NCBI RefSeq assembly: GCF_000281045.1
Contig: NW_008246138.1
Location: forward strand, 160,734-224,733
Direction of reading: 5' to 3'
Source: Saprolegnia diclina VS20
Lineage: Eukaryota
DNA: 64,000 nt
Below the pieces are notes generated by a model. It made no database searches. It was not told the DNA's origin and saw only the letters and a program-made list of their open reading frames with translations. Below, piece by piece: positions 32,688 through 44,600 of this stretch. The translations under genes and the position numbers were made by a program. Within the stretch, counting starts at the first letter, position 1. Every line of letters starts with the position of its first letter.

Positions 32688-35600
32688 TTACGCCTGCTTG
32701 TGACGATAGCCTTCGCCCTTCTCAAAGAGCTCGATGCGGTGGCCGAGGCGGCGCGCCCGGCGCAGGAACATGGTCTCGCTAATGGACGGGCGCTCGGCGG
32801 ACCGTCGGGCTTTTTCGAGAAAGTCGTCGAGGTGCGGCGGCAGCTCCTGGCTCTCGATGGCTTTGGTCTTGGCGCGCGCGCCCGCGAGGAACCCAGGCGG
32901 CGCGAGTGCCTCAAGTTGGGCCGCAGTTGTGGGTTTGCGCGATCGGCGCATAAAGTCTTCTTCAAAGTCGGTGAGGCGCACGTCGTCGTTGTTGGCGTTG
33001 AGGAGCTGGTAGTCGCGGAGCCGCTCGGCGCGGGCGGCCGCCTCGCGGATGCTCCGAATGCGCATTTCAAGGAAGAGCACGACGAGCGCGACGACAAAGA
33101 TAGTAAACCACCCAAGGTTCAGATAGTACACGGGGTTGCTCGTCGGATTCGCGAGCGTGAGATTCGCAAACGCGCAAATGGACGTCCAGACCGAAATGAC
33201 GTAAATGAACGACTTGACGATGCTCACATACCTACTCGCGCGGTTCAGATCTGGGTTGGGTCAACGGGATCAAACACCAGATGGAGGACGTTTTGCAGAC
33301 GAGCGTGAGACCAAAGAGGCCAATGTTCATAACCATGCCGATCGTGACCATGTACTCGCGGTAAAACGTAAAGAAGAGCGCGGCCACGATCGCGATCGTC
33401 TTGCCGAGCTGACTCGCGAGCACGATGATGGGCGAAAACTTGATGTCGACGTCTTCTCTCGGGAAGAGGACCTCGGCCATGCCGGCGCTGAGAACGCCGA
33501 TCGGAAGAAAGAAGGTGAGTCCAACGAGCCCGATGAACGCGAGCCTAACGCCCGCGATGAGGGTTTGTCACGGGTTCAGAGCGTACGGGAGGTGGTCGGG
33601 GCTCCAGCACACGAGGTTGACGTCGGGATATGCGTACAAGAACGGCTGCGTGTGGGTGCACTGAGACGCCGCGTCTTGGAACTGGTCGCACGTGCAGCAA
33701 AAGAGGAACGATAAGAACGTATTGATGATGGCCTAGGCAAAACCATTTCCACGAGCACGATGATGAGACATGCAAAGCAGCGTCGTACGACAAAGAGGAT
33801 GCTGCTGACGAAGGGCGGAAGATCTTTGGTGAGCCGTTTGTTGAGCTTGGGGTAGCTCTTGTGGAACTTGTTGGCGCACTTGAGCAGCACAAGGTAGGCA
33901 AACACGACCGTGATGGCGACGTACGCCTTGAGGTAGAGCACGTCCAGCGGCGCTAGTTTGAGTGCGTCGAGGTTGACGCCCGTAATGCCAAAGCTCCCGA
34001 TCGCAGCAATAATCTTGGGCATGCGAAAGCCCGAGACCCTACCACGCGTTCGAGCACGAGTCGGTATACGGCGTGGAATACCATTTGACCGTCTTGCTGA
34101 ACGGAATGGTGTTTTGCTGCACGAGCTCCATAAAGAGACCGTAGACCGCGAGGTAGTTGCCGTGGTAGCCAAGCACGGGGTAGAAGCGCACGGACTGACG
34201 CTCCTGAACCATCATGTTTTCGCTCTCTAGAGAAATTGGTCGCGACATAAGTCGCTACGATGATGGCGCATACGCTTGATGAGCTGGAGAATCGAGAGCA
34301 CGACGAGAAGGTATATGACGACGAAGAAGCCGCCCATGAACCACTTCATAAAGTAGTCGACCGAGTCGGCTGCCGCGTCGAGCTGTGGCAAGACGACGCA
34401 AAAGAGCAGCAGCGGGACGATCCAGCCGATGGCCCAGAAGCTCCAGTGTTGCCAGAAGCGCAGACCCAAGCTCCCACTCTCCTTCATCCTATCATGCGCG
34501 CATGATGTGACTCAACCTCGCACCCCATTTCTGAAAAGTCTACCAGACGGTGCAGAGCTCTGAGACCGCCTTCATTGCGTGCTTGTAAATGACGATACTG
34601 TGCACAATGTCGGCTGTGAGCTTGGTGCGCGTCGTGTGCTTGGAGCGCAGGATGTCTGTCTCGGGCCACGAGTCGTCGAGCAGGTCCAGCTTGAGCTCTT
34701 CCAAGCGCCAAAACGTCAGGTTGAGAAAAGCGCGGAGCAGCCATCGGAGACTGCGCGCGTAGACGCGGCGGAGGCGCGGCGCCTTCTCGTCGTCCACTTC
34801 GAACGTCCATCGCGGAAAGAGGTTGCGTTTGATCTCATCGACGAGGTAGCCCCACGCCATTTGCTCCGACAGTGGGTCCTCAAGCACCTTGTCGGCCACC
34901 GGCAGCACAAACTCGGCGTACACAATGTCGGTCGGGTCCTTCTTGATCTCGTCGACGGTCTTGCGATCTTCTTTTTCGACATAGCCGCTCATGCCCACGG
35001 AGCGCGCGACCCACTGCTTGATCGCTCGGCGCGACGACCGGCGAAGGAGGCGGTGGCGTTTCGAGCGCTGGGGCTTCTTGATCACCGGGCGGGGCCGCAG
35101 CGGCAGCGTAATGAGCCCCGAGAGCTTTCGAAGGTCGCTCGCAAGGTGGCGCGAGTCGAGGGACTTGGCGTGCGAGACCGCGTCGGCGAGGGATCCGCAC
35201 GTGCGCGCTTGTGAGAGCACAAACTCGAGGTGCAGGAGACGCGTGTGCTGCACCGGCGACAGAATAAACTGCCAGACGTTCACGGGCAGCGTCGCGTGCT
35301 GTACAATGTCGAGCGACACGTCCGCGCCCGTGTCGCGTCCAATGAGCGACTCGAGCTTTTGCCGAAGCAGGTACAGCTCGGCGTGCTCAAAGTGCGTCTC
35401 GAGCGTCGCGGCGTCGCCCGTCTTCAAAAAATTCCGAAGAAGCTCTTGCTTGGCGCTCGGCAGCGTCGGGCAGAGCCGCTCGACGAAGCGCGGCTTGGGC
35501 GCGAGCGTCCCGTCCGGCAACCGGTCGGTGCCAAAGACGCGCAGGTGCTTCCAGAGCAAGCTTGTGCTCGCGACCGCTTCGTGCATCGGCAGCGTGAGCA

Positions 35601-38600
35601 GCGAAGCCAGCGGGAAGAAGGACACGAGCGGTCTGTCCACGCCGTGAAACAAGTGGTTGGCGAGCGACATGCTCCGACGGCGCGCGACATTCGCCACCTC
35701 TGGCGCCGTCACCTTGGCCTTGCGATGTCGCCACGAAACAAACGCGCTTCGGATCGCCGAGAGCGTGAGGCACGGATGTTTTAACACAAACGAGACGCCC
35801 CGCCCGAGTGTGCGGAGCAGTGCGCGGATGGCGTCGCCGAGGCCCGCGGCTTTGAAGTGACCGACCATAAACTCATCCAAGCAATAGCTCGAGTTGTCGT
35901 CCTTGCGCATCGTGCGGGCAAAGAGGTAGCGCGCGCTGACCATGAGCGTCGCAAACGGCCCGACGCCGTGCGCTTCAATCGCTTCGCAAAACAGATCCGC
36001 AATCGAGGCGTCGGCCGCGCACGCTTGGCCGAGGCGCCGGCGGCCGTTGACGGCAAACTCGAGTCGGATGTCGCGCAAGACGGCTTCGGCGTGCGTAAAC
36101 GAGGCTTCGTCGAGGAGACTCCCGAGCTTCTTGCGGTCGATGATGCGCTTGAGGATAAACAAGATCTTCTTCATGTTGTTGCGCATAAAGTGCCGCCGCT
36201 CGACGACGTTGATGTCGAGGCGCGCCTCCGGGAAGCGCACTTCGCGAAACTGAACGAAAATATGACCGAAGTACGACGCATCGAGCTGGTCGAGGACCGA
36301 GAGCACGGTGAGCGCCAGCGTCTCGAGCTGATTGACAAAGGCGGTGACGCGACGTAGCTTGGCGTCGGCGTGTGGCGTGCCGTTGGCGACGATGCCAATG
36401 TACATCTCCAGCACCATGCGGAGCACATGGTGGACAAAGGTCACGAGCCGCGCCGCGTGGTCAACCGCGTGGAGCATGTCGCCGATGCCTTTCTTGCGGT
36501 TGCGCACGAGGATTTCGCGCAGCCGGCTGTCGCGGTGCTGCTCGGTGAACTGCACGCAGTAGCGCAAAACGACGTCGAACGAGTCGTCGCTGAGCGTCTC
36601 GAGCTGTGTGATCGCATGCGTCGGGAGCAGCTCGCGGCACTCGGCGCTCAAAATGCCGGTTTTGATTCCTTTGACAACGGCCAAAAAGTACACGTGCTGA
36701 ACGACGCGCACCGCGAACGCGTGGTCGCGCGCCGTGAGACGAAGCGCGCGCTGCACCGCCCGCTGCAAAATCAGCACCCGCGGCGTGTTCTGCACGCGGA
36801 ACCCAATCGCGAGCACGTGCTGCTCGATGACGCGCCGGTCGACGCTCGCCTCGACGACTTGAGCGAGGAGCGTCGCGGCCAGCATCGTCGACTCGAGCCA
36901 GACGTCTTGGTCGTCGAACGGGAGGAGCGGCCAGAGCACGAGCTCGAGAAACGGCATGACATGCGGCGAGAGCGCGTTGGGGAAGAACGCGTGGTGGATC
37001 TCGGGCGGGAGTGACTCCGCAACGAGCAAGTTGGTGCGCAAAAAGCTCGCAATGAGCACAAAGAAGCGCAGAATCGTCGCGATCTTCTGCGGGTGCGTGG
37101 TTCCGTAATAGCGTGTGTACAGCACGTGGGCGAGGCGGCCCACGAGGTCAAGTCCTAAACCGTTCAAATGAGCTCGCATCCGAGTTGCCATATTAGGTAC
37201 CTCGGTGGCGCACAAACTTGTAGCATGAGCTCGAGTGCTCGACGAGCGTAAGGATCGCCGCTGCTGCGTGCTCGATGCTCGCGTCGCTCAGGTGCGCATT
37301 CGTCTCAAAGTACCGCAAATGGTCGCTGACAAAGCGCTTCTTGGCCAGAATGCGCGCGTGGGCGGGCCAAACCTTGGAGAGCGTCGCGTGCAGCTGCAGG
37401 TGGGTGCAGCAGAGGTGGTCCTGCTTGCGGTGGAAACCGCAGAGGTACCGGACGACACCGCCCAGCTCGAGCAAGAGCATGTTCATGTACGTCTCGGCTG
37501 TCGACTGCGAGAGGCCCGCAGCCACCATATCGCCAAGACTTAGAAGAAACGAGGTAGCTTCCTTGTGCCGAAGACAAACGCTGGGGCGGTCACGGTCGGG
37601 AATTAGGTCGGACGAGAGACCGTAGATGCGCAGCATCTGGAGCAGGTACATTGCGTGCTGCAAGTACGTGTGGTAGGTTGCGTGGTCGGGCGACGCGGCT
37701 TCGCCGATGGCCTTGAGGCAGGCCATAGCGTGCGTCGGCGTGCTGTGGGCGCCGCCGTAGTGCGTGAGGAACGCCACAAAGCACCAAAGATGCAAGCTCG
37801 GGTCGCAAAAGACGGCGTCGTGCTTGCAGAGCTCGCCGAGCAGCTCCGAGATGAGGTCGACCTCGACGACCATCGCATTGTGCACGCAGAACGAGAGCAC
37901 GTCGCCGAGCGGCCCCGAGAGGTTGGCCAAGTCGCAGACCATTTCGTCGGCAATGTCCAAAACAAGCGTGGTCGTGCTATCAAAGACGGGCTGCGACCGA
38001 GATGCCGTAAAGACGTTCCCAGCGTCGAGGGGCGCCACCGCGTACGTGAAGGCGACCGCAAGATCTTTCCGGTGCTCGACCGACGCAGTGCACGCGATCG
38101 CAGAGACTTGGACGCTGCAGAAGAACGACTCTTCGATCACTGCGTCACTGTTGGGGAGGTGGTAGCGTCGGTGAATCACCATTGTCGGCGCGTCGGGCGG
38201 CATCTGCAGCACGTACGTGACCTTGAGCACGCGGCTGATACGGCTCTCGAGGCGGAGGCGAAAGGTCACCCGTCGGAAAATGGTCGCATGGTCGACGAGG
38301 ATCGCGCTGCGGCTGCTCGACGTGACGTTGGTCTCGGTCAAGAGAAGACGCGCGAGGTGGAGCGGGTTGTAGCACAGCGCGTTGCTGGGCGACAGTAGGT
38401 TTCTCGCCGTCTGCAAGAGCGCTTGCAGAATGTCCACAAACACCGGTTCGTTCATCCAGCTCAGAAACGCAAAGAGGTCGTTGGTGTAGAAGACGCTTTT
38501 CACGCTCTCGTGGCGCGTGATCGCACGCAGCAGCTGCGCGCACTCGTACTGGCACCGCGACGACGCGACGCGAATGCGCTGGAGCAGCGTCTCGACGGCC

Positions 38601-41600
38601 AGCGTGGTTTCAAACACAGCGGCGCTGTAGTCGCCGACGTGGCAGCTGAGGTGGTATAGCGTAGCGAGCGCTTCGTTCTGGAGCCGCTCGTACACGTCAT
38701 TGTTCGCGGGAACGACCGCAAATGCAACGCGGTACGACACGTTGGCGAGGCGGCTGTGGTGCGCCCGCGTCGCGTCCGTGAGTGGGATGTAGATCGTCGC
38801 GTAAAAGACCCGCAGCGCCGTGTGCAGCAACTCAAACACGTTGCCGACAAGCGGCGCGCGCGCATGCGGCATCGCCTCGGCAAACGACTCGGCGCAGCGC
38901 GCGAGGAGCTCAAAGTAGCTCGGGATCGCGCCGCCGACCTTGTGCCGAAAGCACTTGAGGCGGTTGAGCGCATGCCGCTTCGGGTGGTCGATCGGCAGGT
39001 GCGCGTCCATTTGGATATAACTCGCCTTGCGCAAGAGCAACCTGCGCTTGCTCGTCGTGCGGTCCTCCTCCTCGTCGTCGTCGTCGCTGTCCTCGGTCGC
39101 CGGCGTCTCGAGCAAGAGCATTTCGACACTTGGGTCGGTCGCAAAACCCACGATCGCCACCAGAAGCGAGCTCGCTGTGTACGCAATCTAGACACGAACG
39201 CTTGCTTTTGACATCACAGAGGCGGTTACACACCTCAAGCTCGAGGCAGCCCATGGCCGCAAAGAGCTGCACAACGAGGCGGCTCCCGACGGTGATGTTG
39301 CGAAACACGTCGTTGTGCACCTCGAGGCGTTCGAGACACGCCAGCGCCGCAGCGCCTGTCGCGGCAACGACAAGCGGAAACGGCTCGGTTCGCTGGACCA
39401 CGTGGTTGCGATGGCGCGTGCCGATCGTGACCTCGAGGAGGCTCATGATGAGCTGCACGAGCGACTCGGGCGAGGCGGCGCGGCACCCACGGAGGTACTC
39501 TCGATGTCGCACGTCGCAACACAGCATCAGAACGAGAGAGATGGCTGCGCACTCGGCCTCGCGCGAGTCGCGAAGCTTGAGCGCTTCCGTGAGAACGACG
39601 AGGTGGGCCATGGCTTCGAGCGAGTGGACAGTCGCTTTCGCATGCTTTGCAGAGTCGTCCACTGACGGCGGCGGGAAGAGGTGCATCTCAAGCGCTTGCT
39701 TTCCCGTGTCGTCGCGACACATGAGGTGCAGGACCTGGACCGCCTTGGCCCGGAGCTCGACCTCGTTGTCGAGCTCGAGACACTGCAGTACATGCAGCAT
39801 GAGCGCCGCCAAACTCGCGTGCGTCTCCAGATCTTGCCGAAATACAGCATCAAGCAGCGTCATAAAGTGCACGTTGGACTTGTGCAGTGCGGCAGGACGC
39901 TCGGTCCGAAGAACGCGGAGGATGAGACCGATAAAGCCGTGGGCAACCACAACACTTAGCGATTCCGGGGCGCGGCCAAGCGCGGCAAGAAGGCCACACG
40001 TGGTTTGCAGCAAATCGAGCCAGCCCAGCGATGGTGGATAGGACGCATGGCGTTGTGGCGGCTCGAGGCCCAGACTGACCTCGAGATGGTACAGAAGATC
40101 CGACCGACTGGCCATCATGGTTGCCTGGAACAACGCCGACCCGCCGTCATCCAGCACGACCAGCCACAGCATCGCAGTTGCCTACACGGTCATCAGACCC
40201 TTTGTATGCATCGTGACGAAGCTTACGAGTTTGCGTAGGGCAAGCGACTCGCACGACCCTGCGAGGCGGAAGAGGAGCAGCAAGAGCGGCTTGCTAGTCT
40301 GCACAAGCTGGGCTGCTAGCGTCGAGCCGGCCGTCGCCGTCGCTGCAAAGAGCTGCTGGAGCCACTCAACACTGGTCTGCGCATCGTCGGTGTAGAAGAA
40401 AGCGTGTGTCACAACCATCGCCGTGCGGTCCAGGCGGGTTAGAGAGGACACACCCAACGTAGCAGCGTCCAGTCGTTCGAGACATTCGATCGCGAGCGCA
40501 AACTGGCGCCGGCCGTCGAGCCCCAGCGGTGTAAACGTGTGGCCAAGCTTTGAGGGTGGGTTGACAGCGCATCGTCGAAATGATTTTCGCGGCACCGCGA
40601 CAGTCCCCCGCTTGCGGTCCACGAGGTGCGGTCGTGGCGGCGCTGTCGTTGTGCGCCGGACGCTCGTGTGATGGAGCAAGAGGCGCAAGAGTGCTGCGTT
40701 GCTGTGTCGCAGAAGCTGCACGACGAGGACCTCGGCGCCCTGGTGCGTCGCTGCCAGCACCGCCTTGTTGCTGAGTGGCAAGACGTGCGCATCGTCCATG
40801 TGCTCGGCGGCGTAGACGGCGTCGCCGCCATCCAGACCCATCGGAATCAGCACTGTGAGCACCGGAGACGCGACGCTATGACTATGCTCCAACGCTGGCA
40901 CGTCGACAGCGTCCACGAGCGATTGCATGGCTGTGCGAATCTCCAACACAATCGCGGTCGCGATGGCTCGAAGAGACGGCGCATAGCTGGGCATGTGCAG
41001 AAACGCGTGCAGAGCGAGGAGCGCCGCATGCCGGCTCCACCCGTGCGGCTCGAGAAGCGCGGCGACGCATCGCTCGAGAACGAGAGACCATGGGACTTGC
41101 GCTGCGTCACTGGGCGACGTCACATGCGCGAGGATGTCACGGACGTACATGGCAACAAGCTCGAGGTAAATCGAGGTCGGAATCGCATCCAGCGTTTCGA
41201 GAGCGTCTCGGAGGCTGAGATAAACCGGCGTGCCCACAAGATGCGAGCCTGCCGCCGCCACGAGCGACTTGATAACGACAAACGCATACAAGTTGATGTT
41301 GCCGTCGTGCGCGGGGAAAACGTGGCTTTTGAAAAAGCTGCTCCATGCCTCGGCAAGCGTCAAGAGACACGGCACGAGGGCCGGCTGCATGAGGTGTTGC
41401 AGCACCCGCATGGCTGCGTACGGCACGCTTTCGTGGCGAGGCACCTCGACGTCCGAGAGCTCGTCGTGCAGGCGGTGCAAGAGGTGGCGCACCAGCGGAC
41501 CACCGCACGCGTCCCAGTGAGCGACAAGGACATCGCAGAGCGCTGGTGCTGACGTTAGCAGCTGGTCGAGGCACGTGAGCCAAGACACACGGGCGTCGTG

Positions 41601-44600
41601 ATAGAACATCGAGGTCACCATGGCAGGCGCTATGAGCGCCAGTAGCAGTCGGACACGGAGGTCGCCCGGCAGTACCACGTCGATACCGAGCACGCGCAAA
41701 AGACGCACAATCGCAAAGCACGCGCTCGGGGCGCACATCTCGGCCTCAATGTGCTCCAAGCAGCGCTTGGGCCAGCCAACGGCCACCGCATGCTGCGCGA
41801 GCCAAAACGACGTCGCCACCAGCGCTTGCACAAGCTGGAACAAAAGCCGTTTACCTTGCGCCCCGAGAGTCGCAAGACCCAGCAGCGCCATAAGGTCAAA
41901 GAAGAAACCGCGACCGAGTCGCTGCAGCGCTAGGCACACCTCGATGTTCTTGTCACAGAGCACATGGAGGCAGCGCAGTCCCTACGTGTCGTTGTTGAGC
42001 TTGCATGGAAGATCCCATCAACGTACGGCAATGGCGGTCTCCGGTGGCAGAAGCGGAAGCAGTCGCAACATGTGTTGCACGAACGCCAGCAGCGTCGGCC
42101 GCTCAAATGATAGAACGCGGCACTTGAAGGCGTACTGCAGCACCTCCGACCACTCGACGAGGAGGTGCGTGGCGACGGCCACCATCTCGGACGGTAGCGA
42201 AATAACGGCATCGACAATCCACGCGACCACGTCGCCAAGGAGATCGAAGACTGGTCGATGCTTGAGCAACCCTTGGAGAGGGTCTTGCTCGACGACAAGC
42301 CGCACGAGCCGAATGACGTGCAGCATCGCGCCGAGGTTGAGGTTGGCATCGTTCCAGGCGACGAAGGCATAGTTGGCGTCTTCGGTGGCCGCCAGCGCCG
42401 CCCATTTCATGCGGTCCGGTAGATGACGGAGGCACGCGCACACGTGGTCGGCCACCATTGTCACAGTCAAGAGCCCTCGGATGGACGCGATGGGGACCAA
42501 GTGGACGAGGAATCCCAAAAACATACAGCGGTCCGCGGCCGTCGCCGCCGCTCGCGCGACGAGGCAGGCCGAGTACGTCTCGAGGCCGAGGCCTTCCTTT
42601 ATAAAGAGCGTCGCGGCGTCGTCCGAGCTATCGCGGGCCTGCGCTTCCCAGAGCCAAAGCACTCGAAACACAAGCGCGTTCACTTCGTCAAGGCCCACGA
42701 GGAGCAGCAGTCGATAGAGACGGGGTCGCGCTGGCAGCACGGCACTCAGAGGCTCGTTCTTTCCGACGCAGTACTCTGCAATGGCGATGAGAAGGCGCAG
42801 GACGGCGGGCATGTCGCGAGCTTGCGCGCTCGCATCCAGTGCCAGCGCACAAAAGTATCGGCACCACTGAGGGTGCGCAACGACCTCCCGAGCGACCGAG
42901 TCCTCGAGGCAGAGCGCCGCAAGGAGGCAAAGTGTGTGGCTATGAACGCTCCGCTTGACCTCGACGCTCAATTGCATCGCGGTCGGCTGCTGCGGTGGGT
43001 ACAAGAGCTGCATCCAGCTGCCCCACCCGAGTTCACTGCGCGTGGCGCCTTGAGAGTGCGTCCAGACAATCTGCCGGGTACGCGCGTCGGCCGTGACGCA
43101 GCTGAGGAGCTCCAAAATCCGGGCAAGTACGAGCCCCCACGTCTCTAGCTCGGTCGTTGCGGGCGGGTGCTCGAGGTGGCGAGCGTACAAGGACGCGAGA
43201 AGGGCCATGTGCGTCGGTGTGAAGTGGCTTCGTCCAAGCGTCGATTGCGCAAAGATGCTTCCGAGGGCCTGCAGTGCTGTGCTCGTCTCGGGGCGCTGCC
43301 ACGACTCACCGTCGACGTAGCGAAAGAGCACATCGGGCAGCCCCACGGAGCTGAACGCGTCGGCATTTCCAGGGTGCACCGAGAGCGACCGAATGCAGCG
43401 GAGCGAATTGGCAAACGCAGGGGCGCTCGGCGTCGAGGCCAGCGTCGCTAGCCCGTGGCGGACGTCGACCGACGAGCTATCTCCAACCACGCGCCGGGCG
43501 TTGGCGGCGTTGCCGTGGCAGAGTCGCCAGAGGCAATCGAGGTAAATGTCAATGTTGCCACCGCCGAGACCGATCTGCAGCACGAGGTGCGCGACGAGGT
43601 TGGTTTTCTGGCCCAAAAACACGCGGTACTTCGCGTCTCTGGACGCGTCGATCGTCGAGTACGTGAGCATGTTGAAGAACGCGATGAACTTGCGGGCTTC
43701 TTCGTCGGTCGCCGACCCGAGGCGCGCGACCATCTGCAGAAGCGTATTGTCGAGCGTCGCGTGGAAGCCGGCATGGGCCCAGATGGCAGCTTTCGTCGTC
43801 GTGTCCTGGCAAAACAGCAGCACGAGGTGCAGGACGTCGGGCAAGACGGACGCCGGGCAGCGGCCGATAAGCTGTGCGCACGCAAAGTGGAGTCCGCCCG
43901 CCGTAAAGACCCCCATGAGGTCGGGGACCACGAGGTCGTGCAGGAGAGCTGTGACAGCCTCCACGAGCCTCAAGTCAGTCGACACCAAGAACGACCGCAT
44001 CGACGAAAAGTGTGTCAGGCGCCATGTGCTCGGAATCGTAGAGCGGGCGACGGGGACGAGCGCATAGATCTGACGCAAGAGCGCGAGGACCGTCGTCGCA
44101 ACCGCAGGCGTCACGCACCAGAGGTCCACGGCGTCGAGGATGCCGTGCAGGACAGAGCTTGGCGCAAAACGATCGAGGCGGAGGCTGTAGAACGTCTGGG
44201 CCAACGTCGGCTCGGCGGTCATACTCCGCAGTGCCTCGAGCGCCGCGACGACCAGCGACATGTTGAGCGTCGAGAAAGCCAATGACACGAGCGCATTCAT
44301 GAGACCCGTGTCCGTCACAAACGAAGCCGCAAACGTAGCGCTGCCTGCTGCGAGGTGCTCGAGCGTCTGGATGCCGTATACTTGAAGCTGGCGCAAGTCG
44401 GCGTCTTCGCGACAAAACGCGGCAATGCGCGGCGGCACATCGACCGGCATGCCGTTGCTAAGGACGTTGACCATGGACGAAATGTCATTCGAGAGGAGCG
44501 TGCGGTCCGACGCCGGGAGGTAGTACTCGTGCTGCTTTTGCGTCCAGAGAAACACGGTCGTGTGCGGCGCGCAGTGCTTGATGATGTACTTGGCCTTGGC

